Source: Oculina patagonica (Eukaryota). Taken from it: a DNA stretch of 64,000 nucleotides. The stretch lies in contig NC_135759.1 of assembly GCF_052425735.1 (NCBI RefSeq), positions 992,001-1,056,000 on the forward strand, given 5' to 3'. Under the pieces are notes generated by a model. It made no database searches. It was not told where the DNA came from and was given only the letters and a program-made list of their open reading frames with translations. Position numbers and translations under genes: made by a program. Positions 11,621 to 24,900 of the stretch are shown piece by piece (the first letter of the stretch is position 1; every line of letters starts with the position of its first letter).

Positions 11621-14065
11621 TCAAAATAAAACTGAAGCTAAATGACGGTGCCCCCTTTTGACGAAGTTACTATGACAATTATTCCCGTGCAGTCTAGGGC
11701 TAATATCACGGGATGAAAAAGTTAGACTTTTTCCTTATTTTTTTAGTAGCTAGAAGTAACCACTGTTTTGTTATCCTTTTTCTAGTCGACGCTTCAGTTC
11801 CAATCTGTGCAGCGAACGACACAGTTCTCTGTGTTTACCGATCACATGGTATGTCAATCTTTTCTTTGATAAAACGTGAAGGAGAAGGCATGCAGGTAAA
11901 GCCAAAGCAAAGCGACCACATCCAACCAGTCACAACCAAAGAAATCCATGAACCATTCAGACAATTAGCAGCCTGCGTGCAGTCGTCTCCTTCCATTCTC
12001 GTATTTTGATCGGCCTGTTGAAGCAGAAACAATAAAAATGATGCGAAAAAGATATCAAAAAGGTGTTAACACAATCAAACACTTTGTAAATTCAAGTGCC
12101 ACCGTTTGATTTAGGGCATTTTACTGGCATACCCTCTCAGTCTGACTAATCACTTTTTTCATCTTCAACTTTCCTCACGTGCATATCCCTGTACCCTTGA
12201 ACTAAAATGATATGTATTCTTTTTATGGTCACTTTCCCAAAGCGAAATATAAAATAATTTATCTTTGCAGAAGAGTTTGGCACCTCTAGCAAGAGAAATG
12301 ATTGCGAGAAGGACTGTCCTGAGCCCTGCGAGCAGGTGGAATACAAGACTTCCTTCTCTTACAGTGGACTGGAGAGGGAAGCTCTTTATTGAACATCACA
12401 TGTCTTTGCTTAACGGCAGTGAAATGATATCAGACGATAGAGCAATTTACGAGCCTCTAATGAACATGACGAGAGCTGAGAGGGAGAAATACATAGAGTA
12501 GGTGTTCTTTTGTTGCTTTGATTTGACTACGTTCTAATAATTGACGTGTTCTTCCCCAGATAAAGCAGTCCGGGCGAAAGCTTTGCCTAGGTAGTCATTT
12601 TGCGTTCTTGGGCAAGAATGGTTATTCGCACAATGTAAAAATGCCCAAGTGTAAAATGATACTACAAGAAACTATTATAGCAACCTTAAAAAAAAAAAAT
12701 AGAGATAGCCCGAATTGAAGGTGTGTAGCCGATGCTACGAAAACTGGACTTAGTGCCGGCTAGCTCAGCCATTATGCACCAAAGAGGTTTTACTGTTAAT
12801 ATATTATATTAATGCTTGCAAGGCTACGGGGTCTTTGATGAGTAACGTAGGACATACGTTAGAAACTAAGGTTCAGCTACAAACATATAATTCTGGATCC
12901 ATGTTGTATTTTTACGCAGTGACAACATTGTTTCCTTGGACATCTATTTTGAAGATCTTAGCTACGACATCATTGAGCAGACTCCTTTGTATGAGATCTG
13001 GGCACTAATTGGTTAGTACTACAATTATTGGTTCCCTTTTTGTTTGGTCAAGGGCAGCAATGGAGCAAAGCTCTTCTGTAACCATGTACAATTTACTTTG
13101 ATCATAACTCATGTAATTCTACATTGTCTTTATTGTCATTGTCATTGTCATTATTGTATGACCTTGTCGTTGCAAGCGTTGTTTGGCATTTTTTTAGCAC
13201 ATATTTTTTTTACCTGCTATATGTACAGAAAGAAACCTCAAATAATAGTTTTTTACTAAAGGGGTAGAACCATACAGAGAAAATATTGAAGGATGGCTCA
13301 GATTGTGTGACGATAGGTTAAATAAGTCTTGGACGCGTGTTTGTGTGTACTTCAGTGACAGCTCAGCAAATATTTCCGAAGACGCAGCTTAAAAGCTTTT
13401 GACGTGTTGAGCAGATACGTTGCAGGACGGGGAAATAACTCGGTTAAGCTTTGAGTATCTCATTTGATTGTTTTTATTCACTTTTTGTATAGTGTGCATA
13501 TTTTGGAACTAATTTCTATTTTTTTCCACCAGGAAATCTGGGAGGAACTTTTGGTCTTTTCCTTGGAATAAGTCTTCTGACTGTTCTTGAGTTCCTGGAC
13601 TTTATCGCGGGAAGAATATCTCACCTGTTTCATAAGAACCAGAAAGCAAGAACCGTTAATGTAGAGAACTAAATATCTCAGAGTCAATTGGGATATGTTA
13701 TTGATCATATCATAGCAAAATTTGTGCACAAGAGAATATACACTACAGCCTCATGTATTTGGCAGAAACAAGTTTTTTAACTATATTATTGGTTTTCACG
13801 TAACGTCTTCAGAACTCCAAAATCCAGTATCGCAAGACCTCGGAATTTGTCCTTCACTGGTTATAAGACGTCCATATTTAGTTCGTGTTGATGGGTTAGC
13901 TCGATAGCGTCCGCCGTTTTTAAGATAGAGCATTCTAAATTTCGGAGTTTCACTTCAAACGACATCAAAGATGGCCGCCAGAAGGCTCTAGAGGTTGAAT
14001 TTATTTTTTTTTTTGCGTCGTGACGGGTGCGTGACACTGAACACCTTGAAAACCTTGGTTTTTCT

Positions 14066-14175
14066 AAACCACCTTGAAAAACTTGACGATGTGATATGTG
14101 ACTCACTGAATACTGCGTGACACTGAAACCACCTTGAAAAACTTGACGATGTGATATGTGACTCACTGAATACTG
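14066..14175. repeat. 60-bp-period tandem repeat
   Basis: AAACCACCTTGAAAAACTTGACGATGTGATATGTGACTCACTGAATACTG is identical at 14066 and 14126, with a partial third unit upstream. Confidence 0.9.
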
Positions 14176-15587
14176 TCGAATTAAAATCAGCTAAGTCTAG
14201 TTACTCTCATTCGATAGTTAGTCTCTTCGGACTAATTCCTAGTGTCTTGTAAGACTTTACCCCTGGAAAATGGAGGAGCCTTTTCGGAGTAAAATGCGCG
14301 TAATTTGGTACCACTTACGATTTTTAAATTTCAAAAGTAAATATTATGGTTTCTAGGCCCATGGTAATTAGAAATATAAACTCTGTTTTAAAGTTGTTTT
14401 AAGGGAGCCCGGCTTGAATTTAGTGATGAAGCTTTGCTTTATCTTTAATTTTGTTCCTGGCGGCTTGATCCAAGAGTTTCAGGTTAGTTGAGTCAAAATC
14501 AGCTCGAAACAATTACAACCGATGTTCATTTTTGTCGGGCACGAGAATGTTAAATTTGTCGTTTACCTTTCAAAGGAAACACAGAAAAAAGCAAACATTT
14601 GATAAAGTGGAAAAACAACATGTCATCAAGTCTTAATGATCTGAGCAAGTACACATGTCGGTGGAAATAATTGGACGTTTTTAAATTTAGAGTTGCCAGG
14701 GAGCCATACGGAAGCGTTGGAATTATATACTTAAAACTATTGCAAAATGTCCTTGGAAAAGCCCGCCACCGTGGCGAGTTAAGGCCCTTGGGAATAGTTG
14801 TTTTTTAAAAATTCTAATGCAACAAAAGACAATCTTCTATTAAATAAAAATGATAAAACATAAAATAAAACACTGCTAATGATTTAAGTAGAGTGTGTGG
14901 CTTCAACTTATCTTTTTAATGCATGCGAAGTTTTATTGTTCCTCGACATAAGGCTGTCCAAAGTGACATTTCTTTACAATTAAGGGAGTATATTTTCTGT
15001 GAACTATCTAACCAAATCCTGTACGAATCTCATAAATAGAACTATATTTAAAGACTTAATGCCTAAGTGCAAAAGAAGAAAAGATCCTTAGGTGAGAATT
15101 ATACAAACATAGTGTAATTTCGTCGTGTTGCATATATTATACAGAGCTAGTTTCAATTTAAATAAAAGAAGAAAGCATCCACGCTTTTAAGGGCGATGAC
15201 AAGGATATTTAATTGTTCATGAATCTGCATTTCTGTAATATCAGAAGGTAAACAAAAACTATCAAGCCGATCATAAGGACTTTAATTTTGTTTTTAATAA
15301 AACCTACTTACATTTCTACAATTTATTACTTTCAAGACTTAAACTGCCCCAAGATAAGATTCCTCGATGATTTCAAAAAACGAAAACGGGCGAGTTATTT
15401 GGCATTCTATAAAATAGCAATTTTATTACGTTCCTTTAAAATCATTTCCATAAAAGGAGATCTTTATATAAAAAAAAACATCTGGTAATCTACAATTAGT
15501 CAGTTATTGAAGACAGCGCCCGCATCGCTAAGGATTAAAAGATTTACCAACTTAAAAACCTTTCTGAAAACCGAAAAAAAATGAGGA

Positions 15588-18500
15588 ATGTTCTTGCCGA
15601 CTTTAAATCCAAGAAAGAAATTACAAGGTGAACAACAGCAAAGTATTGGGATGAATTATCTCAACATACAAGACCCAAGAAACAAGGACATCAAACATAA
15701 AGAATCAAACAGCGACCACGGTGCAATGGACGAATTAAGATTCTTCACACAGGAAACAACTTTACACGGTGTAAGGTTTTTGTTCGCTGGCAGCTTTTTC
15801 AGAAGACTTTTTTGGACGCTTGCAGTTGTAGCGTGCCTTGGTTACTGCAGTTATCAAGTTAGCATCTGTGTGTTTGCATTTAATGAGCGGCCCTTCAACA
15901 CGAAAATAACAACTCATATCAATGCAGATGGTAGCGAGCTTCCTTTCCCTTCTGTAACACTGTGCAATCTCAATTCCTTCAACGCTCGAAGATACAGGCA
16001 ATTCTTTTCAACAACTTCCAACAGAGAGACAATCGAAAAAAAACTCGAAGACATTTCCCTTTTGACAAAAAGGTCGAAAGAGATATTAAACGAAGCCTTC
16101 AAAAAACGCAATCCAGAGCTTTTCGCTCGACAAAAAACAAACAAACATACACAAAAATATCAAGGGCTATTCAGTCATCAATTACAAGAAATGATTTTAC
16201 CAAGAAGCACGCAGTTCGAATCATGCTCCATCAACGGAATGCGCTGCGACGGAAGCAACTTTACAAGCTTCCGAAGTCCCATGTTTGGAAAGTGCTTCAC
16301 GTTTAATTCTGCAGAAGGCAACAAATCATTGTTATATGCTACGTTGGCCGGTCAAAACAGTGGTTTGAAGATTCGACTGAATATTGAACGGGCAGGCTAC
16401 CTGCCAAATACAATAAACCCATTTGTAGGGCTTGCAATTTTGATACACGATCAAAAGACATTTCCTATTGTGGAAGAGTTTGGCATCAAAATTCAACCAG
16501 GCGTGTCTACCCTTTGTGCCATAAAAAGAAGAAAGGTCAGTGCAGAAAAGTTTGCAGTAGAAATGCCTCCATCCATGCACCCATAATCATTCAAACATGA
16601 ATACATGCATTCCTCCATCCATCCACGAATCCAGGTCAGGCAGGCAGGCAGGCAGGCAGGCAATCAGCCAACCAGTGAAAGAGTCACAGCTTATCAGCAA
16701 GCTAATCACCCCGGCTGAGTCAACAAGCTTACCGGCCATGCCTTTCTTGATCCAACCAGCTCGAACGAGTTTACCAACTATGTTTGACATTGAAGGGTAC
16801 CTGTGTTGTGTTTGTATAAAGGTGCTTTACTTTTTTAAATCGTTTTCTTGCAGATAATTAACCTGGAACATCCGTTTGCGACCAACTGCACAAGAAGATC
16901 CCTTGATGTGTTCAACAGCCACTCTTACACTGCCTATACTAAAGCAGCTTGTCTGTTGAAATGTCGGAATGATTACACTATCAAAACCTGCGGCTGTACT
17001 CCACCTGAATTTAAAGGTATGACTAAATTTAAAGCTTTAGTACATGCCATTTTTCCAAAGAAGTATAAATAAATAAAAGTGGAGATAGTAAAGGTGGATG
17101 CCGTTCTTGAGGACTCGGAAGCGCCTCCCTTGCCCTGAAAAGTTATATGCATTCATCCGAAATCCTTTCATTGAACCATATCTTTCAATACATGATAGAG
17201 TATGATACAATATCCTCCCGAAAGAATACTATCACTCCTAAAGGAATGGTAAATGCTACTGAAGTAGAATAAACTGCTGGGAGTCATTGTCATAGCTTGA
17301 CCTTGAAACTATCTTGTAGTCTCTTGGTGAAACCTTCCCTAATGTAACTATTTAGATAAAACAATTTGAGTAGTCCATGGTCTTCTGTTTAGTGTTCTGT
17401 ACAAGGTGTTTTTAACTCCTAAGTCTGTGGATCAACCGTAGTGTAGGACCATTTCACTGAACGTTATGCGAAAGTATTTTCATTTGGTTTTAATTTATCT
17501 ATACAGTCAACTCTCGCTCCCCTTTTTTTCTGGGTTTGGGGGTATGCTATGCAAGGTGGTTCTTACTTCAAAATCTTCCAGAACTCATCCTGAAGCTATG
17601 TGACAGTACAACATTTAAGAAAAGACACTTTGACAATTATTTTTCTGGCAATCTTAAGCTCTGTTTTTTTCAGGGCTGATCTTACTTGGATTATGTTTGA
17701 TGAAGGTAAGAATTAACCATTGTTTTCACTTGTTTTGTAGCTGACGCTTCAGTTCCTATCTGCGCACCTAATGACACAGTTCTATGTGTTTACCGATCAT
17801 ATGGTATGTCAATCTTTTCTTTCATAAACTGTGGAGTATACACTTGAACCGACGTAAAGCCAGACGAAAGCGACCATTTCTGAGCAATCAACTAAAGGAA
17901 TTAACGTTAGAAATCAATCAGAAATCAGCCAAATGAAGGTCAATTTTTTATTTACTTCCGAGTGGTCAAAACATAGATCACCTTTTCGATAAGTTTTTTA
18001 GTAGCGTTTCACATTTGTTAAGTTTTATCCAATTCAGGCTTTCAGCTGTAGTTTTAAAGCTTCAATAAACTATCCATCTATCTATCTAATGCATGATTTT
18101 TTAAAGGCAATTTTAGAGTGCCTTCGAGTTTAAACACGTATTGGACAATTGTTTTTCCTTTTGAATTTAATGGATGTCTGTTTGATCAGTTTTTCTTGAT
18201 ATGCCTAATCTAATCCAGTATATCTTATCTGTCTCCAGAAGTCACATTTTTCATTCTAACTTTTCGCGTACCACCCTTTCCTTTCGACTAAAATGATATT
18301 TCGCATTTTTGTCATATTCAATTATCCCAAATCTATCTTATCGAATCTTAACTAAATAAAATAACTTGCTATGGCAGAAAAGTTTGGCGCTTCTAGCAAG
18401 AAGAATGAATGCGAGAAGGACTGTCCGGAGCCCTGTGAGCAAGTGGAATACAAGACTTCCTTCTCTTACAGCGGACTACAAAGAGAAGCTCTCATTGAAC

Positions 18501-19896
18501 AACTGATGTCTTTGCTTAACGGCACTGAGGAGTTATCAGCGGATCAAGCGATCTACAAACCTCTTTTGGACATGACGAGAGCTGAGAGGGAGAAATATAT
18601 AGAGTAATTATTATTTGGTTGTTTTCATTTAAATCCGTTCATAATGATTGACGTGTTGGTTCCCAAATTGAGTGGTTGGGTTAGAGGCTTGCTTTGTGTC
18701 AACACTTTGCGTCCTTTGGTTAGAATCTTCACTCTCACAAAGCCGATATTCCCACTGGCGTTCAATGACTCAACCAGGAACCGGAACTATTAGAACAACC
18801 TAACAATCCTTTGAGGGGAATGCGGGCGGGCAGAGGGTAGGACCTGGGATGGTCTATTCTTCCATCTGTAAGACTAGCTGATGCTAGCAGATAATGACTG
18901 GACGCAGCGTTGGTTGGCTTTGCCAATAGCAACCGAAGACGCTTTACTCTTATAGAACCTATGAAACTTGAAAAAGTACAACTTAGTAGTACTTATTTAT
19001 ATATTAATACTTGTTTGGCAATATGGGCATCTTAAGACAAGGTTATACAAACATGTAATTCTGGATCCATAATGCATTTTTCCGCAGTGACAACATTGTT
19101 TCTTTGGACATCTATTTTGAAGATTTAAGTTACGACATCATTGAGCAGACTCCTTTGTATGAGATCTGGGCACTGATTGGTTAGTACTACAATTGTCTGT
19201 TTATCTTTTGAAGTCAAAGGACAGAAATGAAGGAAAGCCCTTACTTATCCAAGCACAGCTTACTTTGGCCATAACTTTCGTAATTCTGCAGGCACCACAT
19301 TGTCATGAAGTCCACTGTCCTTGTTTTTGCAAATGTAGTTGACTACGACGTATTTCTGCCATTTTTTGGCAAACATTAAAAAAGCAGTATCATGGGTATC
19401 ACTTCATAAAGTAAGAAGTCAGAAGAAATATTTACATTAATGGAAACACAAAATAATGGTCTAGCTTTGTTTAAAATGACTTTAACAGTCCACTAAAGTA
19501 ACAAAAGAATTGTAATCATGAGTAATACAGGCATGTGACTTTAAACAAAAATTGAAAACGTCTGAAGTAATTAACACAATACCTCCCCCCTTCCCCCTAA
19601 AAAATTGGGACTGACTGCGAACAATGAAATTGAAAAATTAAGTCTAATGTTTTTTTCAAAAACGGCACAATCTTTGACAAACATAGTTTAATTCTCTGCT
19701 AGTTACTTTTTGAAAGTGTGTGTATTGTTTGAAAAAATCATCTGTCTTTTAAACAGGAAACTTGGGAGGAACTTTTGGTGTTTTCCTCGGAATGAGTCTT
19801 CTCACTTTGCTTGAGTTCTTGGACTTCATCCTTAGAAGAATCTCTCACTTGTTTCATAGGAAACGGAAAACAAAAGCCGTTAATTTAGTGAACTAA
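15588..19896 (+). CDS. DEG/ENaC (ASIC-like, amiloride-sensitive family) channel subunit copy 3, intact, ~543 aa
   Basis: join(15588-16535,16854-17016,17741-17803,18378-18603,19088-19179,19757-19896) = 1632 nt, in frame, GT-AG. TTLHG, TM1, FPSVTLCN, GKCFTFN, 10 thumb Cys, GNLGGTFGVFLGMS. The start could be ATG 15651. Confidence 0.93.
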
Positions 19897-20232
19897 AAAA
19901 AAAAACATATATCGCAGCCTCGTGTATTGTTATTTCTACCTAGACAACATCCTTCTTTGAAGTGACTTGCAACTTGTTAAAAACTGTTTAAATAAAATAA
20001 AAGTTCTCTTTTTTTACTCTAATTCTAGCACTCAGTACAATGTTCACTCCCGCGGCCGGGGAAGAAAAAAGCTTTTCGTGCTTTTTTCGGGGTAAAATGT
20101 GCGAGGTTTGGTACCAAAATTTAAATGTAAATATTGTGGTTTAAGAGTTATAATTAAAAAAACTCTATTTTTAAGTTGTTTCAAGGATGACTTGTTTTTA
20201 TTTAGTGCTTTAGTTTTACTTTCCTTCTTTAA

Positions 20233-20799
20233 CCCTTGTTATGCTAAACCCGGATTTTTTTTTTCGGGATTTGAACGTCAGGAGATTCATTTTTTTGTGA
20301 CATGCAACCAATACAGTTCGAATAGGTCTTTCCACACGACTGTCCATTTTGAACATCGACTGCATTCTGACAGAGCTAGCTGACAAAAACTTGATTAGCT
20401 TTTGGTGCAAAATTGGTGGTAAAATAGGCCAACTTGCCAGTACTTGATCAAGGTCTTCTTTCCAGGGTTTTTCCTTGATAGATATCAAACCTTTTCAGGC
20501 CGGAATAAAGGATATACAGAGAAGATTGTAGCGAGAATAAAAAAGGCAGAGAAAAACGATGAGGAAAGGAGCAAGGAAAAACAATCAGAACAGTTCCGCC
20601 ACGAAGTCCACATTTTGGCTTATGCACATGCGCCAAAAAAAGTTGTAGATTTTTACATAAAATCTTCATCAAAATCTTGTCGTGCAGTGTGAGAAGTGCA
20701 TTTCTAGCAAAGTTAAGCGAAATTTAGCACCGTAGCGCCAGAAAAGCAATTTAAAGGTTAAAAAGACGTGTTTTTTGAGTAATTTCGCCACTTAAAGAG
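20233..20799. mobile_element. TTAA-flanked non-autonomous element (piggyBac-like ends)
   Basis: TTAA|CCCTTG...AAAGAG|TTAA. Paralogous flanks at ~14445, ~27895 and ~42295 have a single TTAA (empty site). Duplicated at 35148-35723. Confidence 0.65.
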
Positions 20800-21930
20800 T
20801 TAATTCCGTTCCTGGAGGCTTGAGCCAACATAGTTTTCACGATGGTTGAGTCAAAATCAGCTCAAAACAATAAGAACTCCTGGTCATTTTTGTCGGACGT
20901 GAGACTGTTTGTCGTCAACCTTTCAAAGGAAATGAAAACAACAGGATAAAGTAAATATTTGATTAACTATAAAATGAAAACAACATGATATCAAATTTTA
21001 ATGATTTGTAGCAGTGCTTATGTCAGAACGTTAATTGGAGGTTTTTAAATTTGGAGTTGCCAGGAAGCTGTACGGAAGCATTGGAATCAATAAAATTATT
21101 TTTTTTTTTCGTGAATGTCTGCCATAATCTTCTTAAAATAATAATAATAAAAAGCAATCAAACCTCGGTAATGTCAACTTGCCATCATTATGCGTGCTAA
21201 GTTGTATTGTTTCTCAGCGTGCAGTATTAGTTTTAAATGTGACAATCCTTTGCAAATGAAAGAGTCTAGTTTTTTTTTTAAGATGATTTAATTAAATTTC
21301 AAATCTTGAAAGAATTTTGTAAAATGAATGATATTAAAAAGCTAAATGTTTCAAATGTAACAGCGAGCTGAAAAACTGAAAAAGGTCGTTAGGTGCAGGA
21401 TGGTATTATATTTCTCGTTTTTTATAATTATTTGAAGCAAGTTTTGAATAAAAGAAGCATACAAACAGGACTTCAACGTTAATGACAAGGGTATATTAAA
21501 AACTGTTCATGAATTTGCATTTCTATATCAATGGTAAACAAAAGTAAAACAGCTACACTGATCTAAACGACTTTATTTTTGGGAAAAAAGGGGGGTTTTC
21601 TATAGATTTCATCACTTTCAAGACTAAAAATTCCCTAAGATCAAATTCTCAATGAATTTCAATAAACGAAAACGGAGAAGTAATTTGACAATTTCTAAAA
21701 TAAGCAGTTTTATTACGTTACTTTAAGATCATTACCATAACTGAAGATCTTTGTATAAAAGTCATCTGGTAATCTATAGTCAGCCAGTTTATTAAAGACG
21801 GCGCCCGTGTCGCCATAAAAGATCTACCAATTTAAAAACGTTTCTAGAAATCAAAAAAATCACGCAAAGTTCTCGCCTACTTTTAAATCCAAGAAAAAAA
21901 ATTCAAGGTGAATAACAGCACAGTGTTGGG

Positions 21931-24900
21931 ATGGATGATCTCAAAATACACGAGTCAAGAAACAAGGACATCAAACATAAAGAATCAAACGCCGACCATG
22001 TTGAAATGGAAGAAGTGAAGTCCTTCGCTCAGGAAACAACTCTACACGGTGCCAGGTTTTTGTTCGCTGACAACTTTTTTAGAAGAGTGGTTTGGACTTT
22101 TGCAGTTGTGGCGTGCCTCGGTTACTGCGGCTATCAAGTTAGCATCTGTGTGACTGCATTTAATGAGCGGCCCTTCAACACAAAAATAGCGTCTCACATC
22201 AGTACGGATGGAAGCGAGCTTCCGTTCCCTGCAGTAACATTGTGCAATCTCAATGCCTTCAACGCTCGAAGATACAGGCGATTATTTTCGGATCCTTCTA
22301 ACAGAGAGACAATCGAAAAGAAACTTGAAGACATTCAGTCTCTTTTCTCAAAAAGGTCTAAAGAGTTATTAAACGAAGACTTCCAAAAACGCAATCCAGA
22401 GCTGTTTGCTCGCCTAAAAGAGACCAACGATTTAAACAAATACCAAGGGCTGCTGAGTCATCAGTTAGAAGAAATGTTTTTACCAAGTAGCTCACAGTTC
22501 GAATCATGCTCCATCAATGGAAAGCACTGCGACGCAAATAACTTTACCAGCTACCTAAGCCCGATGTTTGGAAAGTGCTTCACGTTTAATTCTGCAGAAG
22601 GCAACAATTCACCGTTATTTGCTACATTGGCCGGTCAAAACAGTGGTTTGAAGATTCGACTGAATATTGAAAGGGATGGCTATATGCCAAATACTGTAAT
22701 CCCCTTTGTGGGGCTTGCAATTCTGATACACGATCAAAAAACATTTCCTATCGTGGAAGAGTTTGGCATCAAAATTCAACCAGGTGTGTCTACCCTTTGT
22801 GCCATAAAAAGAAGAAAGGTAAGTGCAGAAAAGGTTTTATAATGCGTGCATCCATATGTTAATTCATGCATANNNNNNNNNNNNNNNNNNNNNNNNNNNN
22901 NNNNNNNNNNNNNNNNNNNNNNNNNNNNNNNNNNNNNNNNNNNNNNNNNNNNNNNNNNNNNNNNNNNNNNNNNNNNNNNNNNNNNNNNNNNNNNNNNNNN
23001 NNNNNNNNNNNNNNNNNNNNNNNNNNNNNNNNNNNNNNNNNNNNNNNNNNNNNAGCCAGCAGGCAGTCAGCCAAGCAGCCAAAAAGATTCACAGCTTACC
23101 AGCAAGCCAGTCGTTGAGTCAGCCAGTTTGCTGGCCATATGTTTATCCACACACCTCACCAGCGAGTCTACCAGCAATGCTTGACAAAGGTACTTGGGTT
23201 GTTTGTATAAAGCTGCTTTACTGTTATCAAATCATTTTCTTGCAGATAATTAACTTGGAACATCCGTATGCGACCAACTGCACAAGAAGATCCCTTGATG
23301 TGTTCAATAGTGACTCTTACACGGCCTATACTAAAGCAGCTTGTCTGTTGAAATGTCGGAATGATTACACTATCAAAACCTGCGGCTGTACTCCACCTAA
23401 ATTTAAAGGTGTGACTTTGATTAAAGTCAAGGAAAGTGTAGTATTTGTTTCACACTGAGTCAAACGTTGAGGCAATGTGTAGCAGACATCCAAATACCAT
23501 GACGCGTTCTTTTCTCGGAAAGAAACCCCCGACTTTCCCTTAAACGCAAATAGCCATAATTTGTTAATTGTACACTATTTTAAAACGCATGGTAGCTTTT
23601 TGGTGCAATATGTTCCCAAACGAATCCCGGCAACACTCCTTAAAAAATTGCAGGGGGGGGGGGGGGGGGGAGGGGGGAAGAAAGTAGGCACTTTTCTTTG
23701 AAGACATAGCAGTGCCTGGAACGGTGCGAGTCTATATTAGTCAAGCCGTTGCTAAGAAAGACGTCAAACCAAAGTTTTGTTTTCTCAGAAAGATTTAAAT
23801 ATCAATGACTGCGTGCGTGTGAAATGCGAATAGTGACGGTGTTTGCGTTTGATGTTTTACGCCGCTGAGATGTTTTTGGCATTTTCAGCCAGATTTCTCA
23901 CCTAATGTCTCACGTCACTGAGAATGTTTTGGCGGCGTGGAATAACAAGCGAAAAAATTTGTCACGGTTGAAATTTAACAACCAAAAAATGGGAAATAAT
24001 TTCAGAACCATTGAAGTTATTTTTAACTAGAATACAGTGTAACTACCAAGTTTTACTTTTTCCGGACTGGTCACCGTTATCACTGTTTGTTGTTTTGAAG
24101 TCCGGCAGAAGGAGCAATCAAAATGCAAATAGCTGTTGCGTTTTGTGCACGGACAAGACCAAATTATGCAAACTAAACAATGAACTTTGTCAAGCTATTC
24201 ACTACGTCCTTAGCAACCATTCGATAGCTACTGCGCAGTCTCGGTTGCCCGGCACCGCTATGACCATATGAGTCGCTTAACAAAGGAAGTATCTTCCTCC
24301 CCCCTCCCCCCTGAAAAATTGTATAGGCTCATGGATAGGAAAAAACATTCTGGAAGTGAGACTCATAGCATGAGTAACCATTTAGATGAAAGTTACTGAG
24401 TAGTTCTTTCATGTCTTTTTGTTTATTTTGCTGTACAAGTTGATTTTAACTTTTCGTCTGTGGATATACAAACTCTGGTGTAGGAGCATTGTATAAAAAG
24501 ATATAGGGCAAGGTGGTTCTCAGTTCAAAATCTCGAAATCATCTTGAAGCATAATGGTCTTTTTGACAATTGTTGGTGTAGCATTCCTGAACTATGAATT
24601 TAAGCGGGGCTGATGGCACTTGATTGAAAATGGAGATTGTGTCTTTATATAATGTTCAATGGAAGCTAGAATTGACCATTATTTTCACTTTTCATGATAG
24701 GCGACGGTTCAGTTCCCATCTGTGCACCGAATGACACAGTTCTCTGTGTTTACCGATCCTATGGTATGTCAATCTATTCTTTAATAAACTGCGACAGGTT
24801 AAAACCGACGCAACGCTCAATTAATGAAAGCGACCATTACTGACCAATCAGAACTAAAGTAATTAATGTTATGAACCTAAAAGATATTACCCAATATGTA

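Larger units (their letters stand above)
7912..13672 (+). pseudogene. DEG/ENaC channel copy 2, single +1 frameshift in exon 4
   Basis: Exons 7912-8817, 9326-9488, 11786-11848, 12271-12497 (227 nt vs 226 in paralogs), 12920-13011, 13533-13672. An extra T in gctctttatt (~12385) gives TGA at 12390. TM2 reads GNLGGTFGLFLGIS. Otherwise intact, so it may be a consensus error. Confidence 0.85.

Noticed and set aside
14025-14175. Direct repeats as a possible CRISPR array
   Set aside because: Simple 60-bp tandem duplication without unique spacers; eukaryotic context and no cas genes.
15588-19896. Assigning a gene symbol such as ASIC1 or SCNN1
   Set aside because: Family membership is clear, but orthology needs a phylogeny and diagnostic ASIC residues are missing.
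20099-20692. ORFs duplicated at 35107-35672
   Set aside because: They lie in a duplicated TTAA-flanked element, frames differ between copies, and no domain is recognisable.
22873-23053. N runs (also 55381-55509, 59341-59490, 59507-59641) and ORFs spanning them
   Set aside because: Gaps or masking within microsatellites; the ORFs are artefacts.
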